Part shown: positions 7,763-18,494 of the stretch, one piece after another
How positions within the stretch are numbered: the stretch's first letter is position 1
Layout: each line of letters opens with the position of its first letter
Assembly: GCA_964654465.1 (NCBI GenBank)
Contig: CAZZIO010000065.1
Location: 96,001 to 160,000, forward strand
From: an uncultured Dictyoglomota bacterium
Lineage (GTDB): Bacteria > Dictyoglomota > Dictyoglomia > Dictyoglomales > Dictyoglomaceae
Reading direction: 5' to 3'
DNA length: 64,000 nt
Made by a program: the position numbers and the translations under genes
The notes under the pieces: model-generated
Databases searched by the model: none
What the model was told of the DNA's origin: nothing
What the model saw: only the letters and a program-made list of their open reading frames with translations

Positions 7763-9535
7763 ATGGTAGGCAAGCCTCTTTTTAGGCATATTAAAAAAAT
7801 ATTATTAAAACATAAATGGAAGTATATCTCAGGAGCGTTCTTTCTGCTTCTTACGGATATTTTCCAACTAATCTCCCCTAAACTTTTAGGATGGGGTGTA
7901 GATTATCTTAATAAGGGATCATTATCTTTGAGAAACCTATTTTTAATATTTTTAGCTTTAATTATTTTTGCAATACTTACAGCCTTTTTTAGATATCTTT
8001 GGAGGATGCAAATTATTGCTACTTCTCGTCATATAGAAGCTCAAATAAGAGAAAAATACTTTACCCATCTTCAAACTTTATCATTAAACTACTTTAACTA
8101 TCATAAAACTGGAGAGCTCATGGCTCTTGCTACCAACGATCTTGGAGCTGTAAGAGAGATGTTTGCTTTTGGTATCGTTATGCTCCTTGATACAATCTTT
8201 TTAGGTATTCTTTCTATTTTTTTCCTTATAAGCATAAGTCCCAAACTAACATTATACACAGCTATTCCTTTACCAATAATTACATCAACTATATCCATAT
8301 TTGGAAAAATAACTCACAAAAGATTTAAATTGGTACAAGAAAGCTTTGCTAATCTAACGGATAAAACTGAAGAAACTATAGCAGGTATAAGGGTTGTAAG
8401 AGCTTACGTACAGGAAGAAAAAGAATTAGAGAATTTTTTAGTAAAAGCAAGAGATTTATTAAATAAAAATATAAATCTTGTTAAAGCATGGGGATTTATG
8501 TTTCCTACTATAGAACTATTAGCTAATCTATCTATGCTTCTTGTATTCTTCTTTGGAGGGTTGGAAGTTATAAAAGGAAATATCACCCTTGGTGACTTTA
8601 TAGCCTTCAATTCCTATTTAGGCCTTTTGATATGGCCTATGAATGCCTTAGGATGGGTAATAAACAATTTCCAAAGAGGAAAAGCATCCTTAGAAAGAAT
8701 AAATGAAGTACTTGATGAAATACCTGAAATAAGAGAACCTAAAAATGCAATAAAAAAAGAAAGGTTAAATGGAGAAATTATATTTAAGAATGTATTCTTT
8801 AAATATCCGTCAAGTAAAAACTGGCAACTTGAGGATATAAATATAGAAATAAAACCTGGAAAATTCCTTGGTATCACAGGTCCAGTAGGTTCAGGGAAAA
8901 CCACCTTAGTAAGTCTCATATCAAGACTTTTTGATATACAAAAAGGAGAGATTCTAATAGATGATATTCCTATTAAAAATCTTTCTTTATATTTTCTCAG
9001 AAAAAACGTTGGATTTGTACCCCAAGATAGCTTCTTATTCTCAGATACTATTGCTAATAATATAAGATTTGGCAATCCTAATCTATCAGATAACGAGGTT
9101 AAAGAACTAATAAAAATCGTTGCATTAGAAGAAGATCTAAAAGATTTTCCAGACGGTATATATACAGTAGTAGGCGAAAGAGGTGTTACATTATCTGGAG
9201 GCCAAAAACAAAGAGTCGCAATTGCAAGAGCTTTAGCCATTAATCCCCCTATTTTAATCTTAGATGATGCTTTATCTGCTGTAGATGCTAATACAGAAAA
9301 ACAGATTTTAAGTAATCTATTGGAAATAAGGAAAGATAAAAGTCTTATAGTAATAGCCCAAAGGCTATCAGTTATTCAAGAGGCAGATGAAATAATAGTG
9401 TTAAAAGATGGAAGGATTACGGAAAGAGGAGATCACAATAAATTAATGAGACTTGGTGGATATTATGCTGAGCTTTATGAACAACAACAATTAGAATCTA
9501 AGTTGGAGAGGGAAATAGATGAATCAGTTTTATGA
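7763..9535 (+). CDS. ABC exporter ATP-binding/permease subunit (MdlA/YheI-like)
   Basis: TM domain plus GPVGSGKT, LSGGQKQR, degenerate Walker B ILDDA and switch Q. ATG 7763 preferred because the track's TTG start at 7697 lies in the terminator. Confidence 0.9.
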   Translation: MVGKPLFRHIKKILLKHKWKYISGAFFLLLTDIFQLISPKLLGWGVDYLNKGSLSLRNLFLIFLALIIFAILTAFFRYLWRMQIIATSRHIEAQIREKYFTHLQTLSLNYFNYHKTGELMALATNDLGAVREMFAFGIVMLLDTIFLGILSIFFLISISPKLTLYTAIPLPIITSTISIFGKITHKRFKLVQESFANLTDKTEETIAGIRVVRAYVQEEKELENFLVKARDLLNKNINLVKAWGFMFPTIELLANLSMLLVFFFGGLEVIKGNITLGDFIAFNSYLGLLIWPMNALGWVINNFQRGKASLERINEVLDEIPEIREPKNAIKKERLNGEIIFKNVFFKYPSSKNWQLEDINIEIKPGKFLGITGPVGSGKTTLVSLISRLFDIQKGEILIDDIPIKNLSLYFLRKNVGFVPQDSFLFSDTIANNIRFGNPNLSDNEVKELIKIVALEEDLKDFPDGIYTVVGERGVTLSGGQKQRVAIARALAINPPILILDDALSAVDANTEKQILSNLLEIRKDKSLIVIAQRLSVIQEADEIIVLKDGRITERGDHNKLMRLGGYYAELYEQQQLESKLEREIDESVL

Positions 9536-11471
9536 AGAAGAAATATTAGGAAAAGCATATGATTCAAGAATAATGAAAAGATTATTAAAATATGCTAAAC
9601 CTTACTTTTCTTATCTACTCTTTGCTCTATTTCTTATTATAATCATAACCATTTTAAAGCTTATAAATCCATATATTATAAAAACTGCCATAGATAAAAA
9701 CATAAACCCCTTTGAAGTTATAAAGGTAGAAAATAGAGAGATAAGAGTATATTATATTGAAGATAATTTAGCCAAAACACTAATTAAAAAATATCCTTCT
9801 CTTATCAAACCTTTAAATGGGAAATATTATATTTCCCTTGAAGACATGCAAAAGATTGATATTAAGGACAGATTCTCATTGAGGTGGAAAAATATCTCGA
9901 ATTTACAAAAAGCAGCTCTATTGTATCTTCTTATTATATTCATGATTTTCTTTCTAACATATATACAAGTCTATATCTTGAACTTAACATCTCAAAAAAT
10001 AATATATGACCTAAGGAAAGAACTATTCCAGCATATATTAAAACTTCCTATGAGAATTTTTGATAGAAATCCTGTAGGAAGATTAGTAACAAGAGTAACT
10101 AATGATACTGAAACCCTTCAACAGATGTACAACTCTGTAATAACAAGTCTTGTAGTAGATATATTCTTGCTTACTGGACTTTCTATTGTAATGTTAAGCT
10201 TAAATTGGAAATTAGCTATTATATGTCTAATATCCCTTCCTATAGTAGGTTATATAAGTTTTCTATTTAAAAAATATGCGAGAGAAGCCTATAGAGCTTT
10301 TAGAATTAGACTTGCAAGATTGAATGCCTATTTAGCAGAACATATAAGCGGTATTAGAGTAACGCAACTTTTTGCAAGAGAAAAAGAGAATGAAAAAGAA
10401 TTCAGAGAAATTAATAACTTACTTTTACAAGCAACTCTAAGAAACGTTTTCGTTAATGCCATATTTAGACCTATAGTTAGTGCCTTGGGAAGTTTTGTCT
10501 CTGCCTTTCTTATATTCTTTGGTGGCCTACAAATAATGGGAAATCAAATGAGTTTTGGAACTTTATTTTTATTCATATCTTATCTGGGAAGCTTTTTCCA
10601 ACCAATTCAAGACTTAGCAGAAAAATATGATATAATGCAAGATGCTATGGCTTCTGCAGAAAGAATTTTTTTGCTTCTTGACGAACCGGAACATATAACA
10701 GAAACACCTAAGATTACAGTTCTAAAAAATATAAAAGGAAAAATAGAATTTAAAAATGTTTGGTTTGCTTATGATAGTGAATGGGTTTTAAAAGATTTAT
10801 CCTTTACTATAGAACCGGGCGAAAAGGTAGCTTTCGTAGGTCATACAGGAGCAGGAAAAACTTCAATCATAAATCTACTTACAAGGTTTTATGATATTCA
10901 AAAAGGAGAAATTCTTATAGATGATATTAATATAAAAGATATAGATCCAAAAGAATTAAGAAAACATATTGGTATAGTCCTTCAGGATGTACACCTCTTC
11001 GCTACTAATATTTTACAGAATATAAGATTAAATAAAGAGGATATTCCGGAAGAAAAAGTCATAGAAGCAGCAAAACTGGTTAATGCAGATAATTTTATAA
11101 GGGAACTTCCGCAAGGATACTATACTCCTGTTCAAGAAAGAGGAGCTACATTATCTTCTGGACAAAGGCAATTAATAGCCTTTGCAAGAGCATTAGTATT
11201 TGATCCTAAAATATTAATTTTAGATGAAGCTACAGCTAACATAGATACAGAAACAGAAAAATTAATCCAAGATGCAATAGAAAATCTCATAAAAGGGAGA
11301 ACCAGTATAATTATTGCCCATAGATTATCTACAATAAAAAATGTGGATACTATTTATGTAATGCATAAAGGTAAGATTGTAGAAAAAGGAAGTCATAATG
11401 AACTCATAAAGAAAAAGGGACTTTATTACCATCTTTACAAACTCCAAAGTTTAAATTATGCTAACATATAG
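9519..11471 (+). CDS. ABC exporter ATP-binding/permease subunit (MdlB/YheH-like)
   Basis: GHTGAGKT, LSSGQRQL, ILDEAT, IAHRLS; overlaps its partner gene. Confidence 0.92.
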   Translation: MNQFYEEEILGKAYDSRIMKRLLKYAKPYFSYLLFALFLIIIITILKLINPYIIKTAIDKNINPFEVIKVENREIRVYYIEDNLAKTLIKKYPSLIKPLNGKYYISLEDMQKIDIKDRFSLRWKNISNLQKAALLYLLIIFMIFFLTYIQVYILNLTSQKIIYDLRKELFQHILKLPMRIFDRNPVGRLVTRVTNDTETLQQMYNSVITSLVVDIFLLTGLSIVMLSLNWKLAIICLISLPIVGYISFLFKKYAREAYRAFRIRLARLNAYLAEHISGIRVTQLFAREKENEKEFREINNLLLQATLRNVFVNAIFRPIVSALGSFVSAFLIFFGGLQIMGNQMSFGTLFLFISYLGSFFQPIQDLAEKYDIMQDAMASAERIFLLLDEPEHITETPKITVLKNIKGKIEFKNVWFAYDSEWVLKDLSFTIEPGEKVAFVGHTGAGKTSIINLLTRFYDIQKGEILIDDINIKDIDPKELRKHIGIVLQDVHLFATNILQNIRLNKEDIPEEKVIEAAKLVNADNFIRELPQGYYTPVQERGATLSSGQRQLIAFARALVFDPKILILDEATANIDTETEKLIQDAIENLIKGRTSIIIAHRLSTIKNVDTIYVMHKGKIVEKGSHNELIKKKGLYYHLYKLQSLNYANI

Positions 11472-11524
11472 TTTTAATAAATAGAAAAATTTTTAAATCG
11501 TTTTAAAAGGAGTCCTTATCATAT

Positions 11525-12709
11525 ATGAAAAAACTAATCAGTTTAGGTATAATTTTTCTTAGTATATCTGCTGGTTTTTCTCAATTTATTGATCCTTACT
11601 TACTAAAAGAAATATCTCTTGGAGAAAATAGTGTAAATTATTTTCTAATTTATGAGAATTTTTTAATATATAACATAAAGGATCAATTAGCAATTTTAGA
11701 TCTTAAAAACCTTAATGAGAACAAAATAAGAGTGAGATCAAAAAATGCAAGAGACTTTAACACAATTATCAAAGAATTTAAAATAATAGCTACTAAAACG
11801 ATAGCTGTCGTTAACAATGAACCCTACGCTCTAATTTATAACTTTGAAAAAAATACATATACAGAGCTTCCATATAATTTGGAAAGTAACATAAAAATAA
11901 ATAACAATTTTTGGTTTTCTATTTCGCAAAATATACAAAATATTTCCTTTTCAAATACCGGAAAATATATACTAGAGAAAAAACTCGTTGAAACTTACTT
12001 TCTTGGATTTATACCTACTGAGAATCATTATGAATATCGTATATTAAGCTATCCATCCCTAAAAGAATTAATCTTCTTTTCAACTCAAGATGATTTAGAA
12101 GAATCTCTGAATTTCTCTCCTAAGGATACTTTCTTAATGCTAGCAAACTCCTACAACCCTATGGACGATAAAAATGACGATATCTATGGACTTATCCTAA
12201 TTGATCTTAAAAATATTAAAACGATACCTTTGTTTAAAGATGAGAAAATAATAAGTTACGATGTTTCAAAAAGTGATGATTTATTAGCAATTTCCTTTGA
12301 AAAAATAACTAAAGTTATAGACTTTAAAAATCTTTCAGAAATATTTTCTTATCCTATGGGTGGAAGTGTAAGGTTTACTGAAAAAAATGAATTTCTTATT
12401 ATTGAAGGAACAAAGGTTTCCACCCTTATAGATATAAAAACAAAAGAAGTAATAAACACATATTTAGGGAATAATCTATGTATATCACCAAATGAAGAGT
12501 TTTTAGCGTATACTACTACCAATAATCCCTTCTCTTTAATAAAAGAAATTCAATTAGTTCATAGAAAATCAGGTACTCAGAAAAAAATAAGACTTAACAA
12601 CGAATACTTCTTAGAGCATATGAAATTTTCTAAAGATGAAAAATTCTTCATCCTTTTATTATCTGGAAAGGATGGCTATAACATTAATATTTATAAAATA
12701 CAACAATAA
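11525..12709 (+). CDS. Secreted hypothetical protein, probable WD40-like beta-propeller
   Basis: Signal peptide; recurring blade-like motifs ISFSNTGKYIL, LNFSPKDTFL, DVSKSDDLLA, CISPNEEFLA, KFSKDEKFF. Confidence 0.65.
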   Translation: MKKLISLGIIFLSISAGFSQFIDPYLLKEISLGENSVNYFLIYENFLIYNIKDQLAILDLKNLNENKIRVRSKNARDFNTIIKEFKIIATKTIAVVNNEPYALIYNFEKNTYTELPYNLESNIKINNNFWFSISQNIQNISFSNTGKYILEKKLVETYFLGFIPTENHYEYRILSYPSLKELIFFSTQDDLEESLNFSPKDTFLMLANSYNPMDDKNDDIYGLILIDLKNIKTIPLFKDEKIISYDVSKSDDLLAISFEKITKVIDFKNLSEIFSYPMGGSVRFTEKNEFLIIEGTKVSTLIDIKTKEVINTYLGNNLCISPNEEFLAYTTTNNPFSLIKEIQLVHRKSGTQKKIRLNNEYFLEHMKFSKDEKFFILLLSGKDGYNINIYKIQQ

Positions 12710-12714
12710 CTATC

Positions 12715-13707
12715 TTAAAATTCTTGTAATAATCTTAACATCTCCCTATCTAACTTATGTCCATACCAATCCTCATATTCCACATCTTCTCTTTCAGAGT
12801 CAAGAATTCCAAAAGGTCCTTTAAAGTTCCAAAGAGCATAACCCATACCTCTTTCTTTAAATATTTCCAAAAGATCTCTCATCCAAGAAAGTACTACCTT
12901 ATGAGGTGTATACTTAAAGGCTCCCATCTCTCCACAATGAACACCTATGCCTTTATCCATCAGACTTACCCATCTATCATAATGTTTTTCAAGCTTACCC
13001 CTATCCCAATATTCTCCGTAATGCCAAGCTCCAGGCCACCTAGGCTCAGGCCAGCTTTCCCCTCCCACCCAACTTGCTTTATAATGGGTAAGTCCCATAG
13101 GCAAATACCCTCTACAACTTTGTACAACATTAAGATCAATTAACTCAGGTAAAGGCTCATTTCCATAAGAGATGCCATCTATAATAATCAGCCTTTCATT
13201 ATCAATCTTCCTTATAAAATCTACCGTTTTCCTTATTACCCTCTCATGATCAGTTCTTGTCATAATATCATCTGATACATAGGGTGGTTCATTAATCAAG
13301 TTAAAACTCAAATCTTTTGAGGATATACCTTTGTATCTTCTTGCAAAATATCCCCAATGGTAACAAAAAGCACTTAAAGCCTCCTCATCTTTCCATAAAT
13401 TAAATTTCTCTTTTAATTCCTGATTAACACTGTAACCTGGACCACGATGAAAATTTAAACATATATGTACATGATATTTTTGGCCCCATGAAATTACCTT
13501 ATCTATTTTTTCGAAGAACTCTTCCCTTATATAATAAATATCATCATCTTTTATCCAGAATCTATAATTTAGAGGAATTCTTACAAAATCAAATCCCCAG
13601 TCAGATATCCATTTAAAATCTTCTTCTTCAAAATCTTTATAATGATAATATGAAAACAAATTGGGTAAATTAAAACCCCTCCATCTTGGAATTACGTTTT
13701 TAGCCAT
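12715..13707 (-). CDS. GH5 endo-beta-mannanase/glucanase (TM1752/Man5B-like), no signal peptide
   Basis: PRWRGFNL, DFVRIP, LNFHRGPGY, NLINEP (acid/base), HCGEMG (nucleophile). Confidence 0.9.
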   Translation of the reverse strand: MAKNVIPRWRGFNLPNLFSYYHYKDFEEEDFKWISDWGFDFVRIPLNYRFWIKDDDIYYIREEFFEKIDKVISWGQKYHVHICLNFHRGPGYSVNQELKEKFNLWKDEEALSAFCYHWGYFARRYKGISSKDLSFNLINEPPYVSDDIMTRTDHERVIRKTVDFIRKIDNERLIIIDGISYGNEPLPELIDLNVVQSCRGYLPMGLTHYKASWVGGESWPEPRWPGAWHYGEYWDRGKLEKHYDRWVSLMDKGIGVHCGEMGAFKYTPHKVVLSWMRDLLEIFKERGMGYALWNFKGPFGILDSEREDVEYEDWYGHKLDREMLRLLQEF

Positions 13708-13716
13708 ATTTACCTC

Positions 13717-14652
13717 CTAAAAATTTAATTCTGGTATTAAAGCTCTTAATAAAGGAACTCTCCATTCATCTTTTTCAGGATCATAAACTCCGAATCCAGA
13801 GAAAAATTCCCAATATGCCCAAGCTATTCCTCTCTTTTCTGCAGATCTTGCCACAAAATCCGTCCATCTAACCCTTGATTCCATATCTGCTTTTGAGTAT
13901 GCTCCAAATTCTCCCATATAAAGAGGTATATTTCCATGTTCTTTAGCCCAATTAACCGCTATATCAAGTTCCTTTTCTATCATCTGCTTTTCTTCATCTG
14001 TACCTAACCATCTAACTCCCACCGGTAAATCTATTTTTACCCATCCTGCTCCTTGATGTGTAAAATTAAAAGGATTATAATAATGAAAAGTTACTATAAT
14101 ATTTTTATCATTTTCAGGAATAATCAACTTATCAAGATTATAAAGGCTATTCCAATTATCAGGTCCTACTACAATTTTTCTATCAGGATTAGTCTTCCTA
14201 ATAATTTCTATAGCTTCCTTTAAAAATTGATTCCATAAATTACTAAGCAAATTATAAGTAGGTTCATTCAATAATTCAAAATATAAATTATGAGGATAAT
14301 CTTTATAGTGCTCTGATATTTGCCTCCATATAGCTAGAAATCTATCCTTTTCTTTCAGTGGATCTTGCATTATTTCATCATAATGATGGATATTTATAAC
14401 TATATAAAGCCCATTATTAAAAGCTTGCTCTATAAGATGATCCACTCTATCAAAAATCTTTTTTTCTATATCATAGGGAGATTCCCTTTTTGAATATATA
14501 CTCCATTTTATTGGAATCCTCACATGGTCAAAACCTACTTCTTTTACTAACTTAAAATATTCGTCTTTAATAACATGCCCACCCCATGCACCTTCAAAAG
14601 GCGCTTCTAAGGCATCTCCAAAATTTATACCACGCCTAATCGGAATATTCAT
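13717..14652 (-). CDS. GH5 endoglucanase (TmCel5A-like), no signal peptide
   Basis: RGINFGDALEAP, HVRIP, NIHHY, ELLNEP, HYY, MGEFG, YWEF. Confidence 0.93.
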   Translation of the reverse strand: MNIPIRRGINFGDALEAPFEGAWGGHVIKDEYFKLVKEVGFDHVRIPIKWSIYSKRESPYDIEKKIFDRVDHLIEQAFNNGLYIVINIHHYDEIMQDPLKEKDRFLAIWRQISEHYKDYPHNLYFELLNEPTYNLLSNLWNQFLKEAIEIIRKTNPDRKIVVGPDNWNSLYNLDKLIIPENDKNIIVTFHYYNPFNFTHQGAGWVKIDLPVGVRWLGTDEEKQMIEKELDIAVNWAKEHGNIPLYMGEFGAYSKADMESRVRWTDFVARSAEKRGIAWAYWEFFSGFGVYDPEKDEWRVPLLRALIPELNF

Positions 14653-14701
14653 TATAAATTTACCTCCTTAACAAACACATTTTATTTTTTAAAAACATCG
14701 A

Positions 14702-15712
14702 TCATCTTATTTTTGTTTCTGGGATTAACACTTTTAAAAGATGTATTCTCCACATTTTATTTAACCCATCATATACTCCAAAACCTGCCGATGCAAAATC
14801 CCAATATGCCCAAGCTATTCCTCTCTTTTCTGCAGATCTTGCTACAAAATCCGTCCATCTCACCCTTGATTCCATATCCGCCCTAAAATATGCCCCAAAC
14901 TCTCCCATCCACAATGGTACATTCCCATTTCTTTTTGCCCAGTCAACAGTAAAATCAAGTTCCCTCTCTATCATTTTCTTTTCTTGATCTGAACCAGTCC
15001 ATCTAACACCTATTGGAAGCTGAGGCTGTACCCAATCTGCTCCTTGATGGGTAAAATTGAAAGGATTATAGTAATGAAAACTTACTACAAGATTTTTGTC
15101 TTCAGGAAGTTTTAAAAAAGAGATAGTGCTATAATTTGCCCAATTTGCTGTATCTACTACAATCTTCCTCGTTGGATTTGTCTTTCTAATTATCTTTATT
15201 GCTTCAGCCAAATATTCGTTCCAAATCTGAGGTGTAAGATTTGTATTTGGCTCGTTTAAAAGCTCAAACCATAATGTATCTGGATAATTTTTATAATGCT
15301 CTGCTATCTGATCCCATAACGCAAGAAACCTATCTTTGTGTTTTTCAGGATTTTGCATTATTTCATCATAATTATGGATATTTATTATTACATACAAGCT
15401 ATTCTTAAAAGCAAGATCAATCACTTGATCCACTCTATTAAATATGTAATCCCTTATAGTATATGGGGGTTCATATAATGCATGACCATTCCATCTAACT
15501 GGAATTCTCACATGGTCAAAACCCGCTTTTTTTACTAAATCAAAATACTCATCCTTTACATATACCCCCCATGAACCTTCAAAAGGGGCCTCAAGACCAG
15601 TAAGATTAACTCCTCTTCTAATGGGTAATTTGGCTTGAGAATGGACTTCCTTAAAAGAAAAAGAGAGAACAAATAGGAAGATTAAGGAAAAAAGTAATAT
15701 CTTCTTCATCAA
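14702..15712 (-). CDS. Secreted GH5 endoglucanase, paralog of 13717-14652
   Basis: Signal peptide; HVRIP, ELLNEP, HYY, MGEFG, YWDF. Confidence 0.92.
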   Translation of the reverse strand: MMKKILLFSLIFLFVLSFSFKEVHSQAKLPIRRGVNLTGLEAPFEGSWGVYVKDEYFDLVKKAGFDHVRIPVRWNGHALYEPPYTIRDYIFNRVDQVIDLAFKNSLYVIINIHNYDEIMQNPEKHKDRFLALWDQIAEHYKNYPDTLWFELLNEPNTNLTPQIWNEYLAEAIKIIRKTNPTRKIVVDTANWANYSTISFLKLPEDKNLVVSFHYYNPFNFTHQGADWVQPQLPIGVRWTGSDQEKKMIERELDFTVDWAKRNGNVPLWMGEFGAYFRADMESRVRWTDFVARSAEKRGIAWAYWDFASAGFGVYDGLNKMWRIHLLKVLIPETKIR

Positions 15713-15715
15713 TAA

Positions 15716-17518
15716 TCACTCTCCTTCCCCTAATAATTCTATTTTTATTGCCAAATCTCTTTCAAACTCAATAATAGGAATTACATTTTTATCTAAATCT
15801 AATTCCTTAATCTTTTCACCTCTATATGTGTCATAGTAGATTACTTTAATTGGGGGTTTTATTAATAATTCAATACTGCCTAAGAATTTCGAACTATCCA
15901 TATTAGGAATATCTTTTTTATATTGATAGGCCTCTTTAGCATTATAAAGCCATAAAAGTATATATTTCTTACCTTGAAGTCCTATAACCTTAATCTCTCT
16001 ATTATAGACGTTAAATTTATAATTTGTTAACCTTTCAAATTTTTCCTCTAAAAAATTTATATCCTTAACAAAATCCGCTAAAGCCCTATAATGAAAATAA
16101 AGATTATTAGGATGAATGTGATTATCCCACCACCAAGACATTGCAGTACCAGAAGCACCAGACAAAATGGTAGTCCAAATAGCATTATGTATAACATACC
16201 CATTAGGATCTACCCAAAGATCATTTCCACCAGCATCCAACCCAAATTCTCCCACAAGATGAGGTTTTCTATATTTTTCTTTATAAGCTATAAGAGATAA
16301 TAGGGCATCAATATATCTATTGCTTTTATAAATATGAGTTTGTACAAAGTTTAATCCAGAGATACTGTCAATCTCAGGTTTTCCAGGAGAGAAAGCAAAA
16401 CTTGTAGTTATTAGATGTTTCCAGGGATCAATACTATTAAGATATTTAGCCATATCTTCATGCCACTTTTTAACCTCTCCTATAACAAAAGCAGTTGGAG
16501 AAATAATATCTACCTCATTCCAAAATTCCCAAGCAAAAACATTAGTGCTATAACCATATCTTGCCACAATATATCTTAACTTATTTTTATAATATTTAAT
16601 CATCTCATTATTAGTCCAAAAATCTTTGGGTTCTTTCAAGGGTCCTCCATTTTTTTCATAATGGGGTGTATGTTCCCAATATGGATATGCTCCTTCCTTC
16701 TGATATCTAAGTTCATTGTAACTGTCAAAACAAAACATTATGTACATATTTAATTTTTCCGCTAAATTTAATACATAATCAAGTTTCCACGCATTTTTAA
16801 GATCATATTCTTTAACAGATTCCCTTTCCAAAGCAAAAGTAGCCCATGAAGGTCCAAGCCAAACTCTAAAATAATTTCCACCATTTTCAGCACATTTAGG
16901 AAGCCATACATCGTAATCATAAGTACCCTTAGATGTTGCCCAACAAATGTTCGCCCCAATAGGTAAAAATTGTCTCCCATTATCAAACTTAAAATATCGC
17001 CAATTCTTTTCGCTAACCCTTATATACCCGGGTTTTTCAGATTCCTTTACATATATAGTATATTTATCTGATGAGACTTCTCTTCCTGTTTTATCTTTAA
17101 CTTTTATAAAAAATTTATATGAGCCTATATTTATTGGAGAAAATCTTATTTTGAAATATGGATCCCCCACAGGAACCAAATATTCGTAATCATTTTTTAG
17201 TTCTCTTTTATATTCTTGATAGAAAAATCCTGGAACCCTATATTGATTACCATACTGATCTTCAAAAATTCCTTCTACATCTATTTCTTGGGGGTCAAAA
17301 GGATTCAAGTATGAACCCTGTAGAAAAATAGACACTTCAAATAAATTATACCTTCCTAATTCCATTTTAGAGATATCTATCCCTAATATATTCAAAGGTC
17401 TATTGTCTTTATATCTTGACTCATAAGATCCTATACTATTCCTTACACTACTTTCTTTCATACACCCACAAATAATTAATATTATTGACAAAATCAAAAA
17501 CAATATGAAATCTCTCAC
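15716..17518 (-). CDS. Lipoprotein: DUF5060-like N-terminal domain plus clan GH-A (GH5-like) barrel
   Basis: Lipobox-like IICGC; NPFDP...VPGFF...RFSP N-domain; WEFWNEVD acid/base, HIY, VGEFG nucleophile. Confidence 0.8.
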   Translation of the reverse strand: MRDFILFLILSIILIICGCMKESSVRNSIGSYESRYKDNRPLNILGIDISKMELGRYNLFEVSIFLQGSYLNPFDPQEIDVEGIFEDQYGNQYRVPGFFYQEYKRELKNDYEYLVPVGDPYFKIRFSPINIGSYKFFIKVKDKTGREVSSDKYTIYVKESEKPGYIRVSEKNWRYFKFDNGRQFLPIGANICWATSKGTYDYDVWLPKCAENGGNYFRVWLGPSWATFALERESVKEYDLKNAWKLDYVLNLAEKLNMYIMFCFDSYNELRYQKEGAYPYWEHTPHYEKNGGPLKEPKDFWTNNEMIKYYKNKLRYIVARYGYSTNVFAWEFWNEVDIISPTAFVIGEVKKWHEDMAKYLNSIDPWKHLITTSFAFSPGKPEIDSISGLNFVQTHIYKSNRYIDALLSLIAYKEKYRKPHLVGEFGLDAGGNDLWVDPNGYVIHNAIWTTILSGASGTAMSWWWDNHIHPNNLYFHYRALADFVKDINFLEEKFERLTNYKFNVYNREIKVIGLQGKKYILLWLYNAKEAYQYKKDIPNMDSSKFLGSIELLIKPPIKVIYYDTYRGEKIKELDLDKNVIPIIEFERDLAIKIELLGEGE

Positions 17519-17546
17519 AATTGAACCCCTCTCACCCCTTAAACAC

Positions 17547-18494
17547 CTATACTAAATGACATGCCACAAAATGTCCTGGAGAAACCTCCCTTAAGGCAGG
17601 TTCTTGTTTTCTACATGTTTCCATCACATACTCACATCTGCTTTGGAATCTACAACCTTGAGGCAAGTCTATAGGAGAAGGTACTTCTCCCTTTAATGCT
17701 GAAAATCTTCTTTGCCTTTCCCCATCTCTCGGCATCTTAGGTACAGAAGCAAGAAGAGCTCTTGTATATGGATGCAATGGATTTGTATATAATTCTTCCT
17801 TTGGAGCCATTTCTACTATAGTACCAAGGTACATAACAGCAACTTTATCAGATAGGTATCTTACCACTGCCAAGTCGTGGGATATGAAAAGGTAAGATAT
17901 CTTAAATCTTCTTTTTAGTTCATAAAGTAGGGAAACAATTTGAGCTTGTATAGATACATCCAATGAAGAAACAGGCTCGTCTGCAACAATAAATTTAGGA
18001 TTTAAAGCAAGAGCTCTTGCTATTCCTACTCTTTGCTGTTGACCCCCAGAAAATTCATAAGGAAAAGCATCTATTACCTCTCTACCTAAACCTACTATTT
18101 CAAGAAGCTCTTCTACCGCTCTTCTTCTTTCTTCTCTTGTTCCTATATTGTGAATTATTAAAGGATCTTCTATGTTTTGTCCGACTGTCATCATAGGATT
18201 TAATGAAGCTAATGGGTCCTGAAAAATTATCTGCATAAATCTCCTCTTTTGCCTTAACTCTTCCCCCTTAAGCTTCCTCAAATCAGCCCCATCAAAAATT
18301 ATCTCTCCAGCATCTGGTTCAATCAGTCTAAGTATAGATCTACCTAAGGTAGATTTTCCAGAACCACTTTCTCCCACGAGACCTAACGTTTCTCCTTGTT
18401 CTAAAGAAAAAGATACATTATCTACTGCTCTCAAAAACTTCTTTTTAACAGGAAAATACTTTTTTAAATTTTTAACAACTAAAAGTTCAGGCAT
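17547..18494 (-). CDS. oppF: Opp/Dpp-type ABC ATPase
   Basis: [29 protein letters not shown]-terminal GCRF..C...C...ACH. Confidence 0.93.
   Translation of the reverse strand: MPELLVVKNLKKYFPVKKKFLRAVDNVSFSLEQGETLGLVGESGSGKSTLGRSILRLIEPDAGEIIFDGADLRKLKGEELRQKRRFMQIIFQDPLASLNPMMTVGQNIEDPLIIHNIGTREERRRAVEELLEIVGLGREVIDAFPYEFSGGQQQRVGIARALALNPKFIVADEPVSSLDVSIQAQIVSLLYELKRRFKISYLFISHDLAVVRYLSDKVAVMYLGTIVEMAPKEELYTNPLHPYTRALLASVPKMPRDGERQRRFSALKGEVPSPIDLPQGCRFQSRCEYVMETCRKQEPALREVSPGHFVACHLV

Noticed and set aside
8614-9240. 208-aa antisense ORF and the other short ORFs nested opposite long genes (e.g. 701-1033, 12757-13143, 19733-20167, 24889-25293, 41497-41835)
   Set aside because: They are shadows of well-supported genes, with no recognisable motifs.
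7763-11471. Degenerate Walker B and switch in one ABC subunit (also 50936-52669) as pseudogenisation
   Set aside because: Normal asymmetry of heterodimeric ABC exporters.
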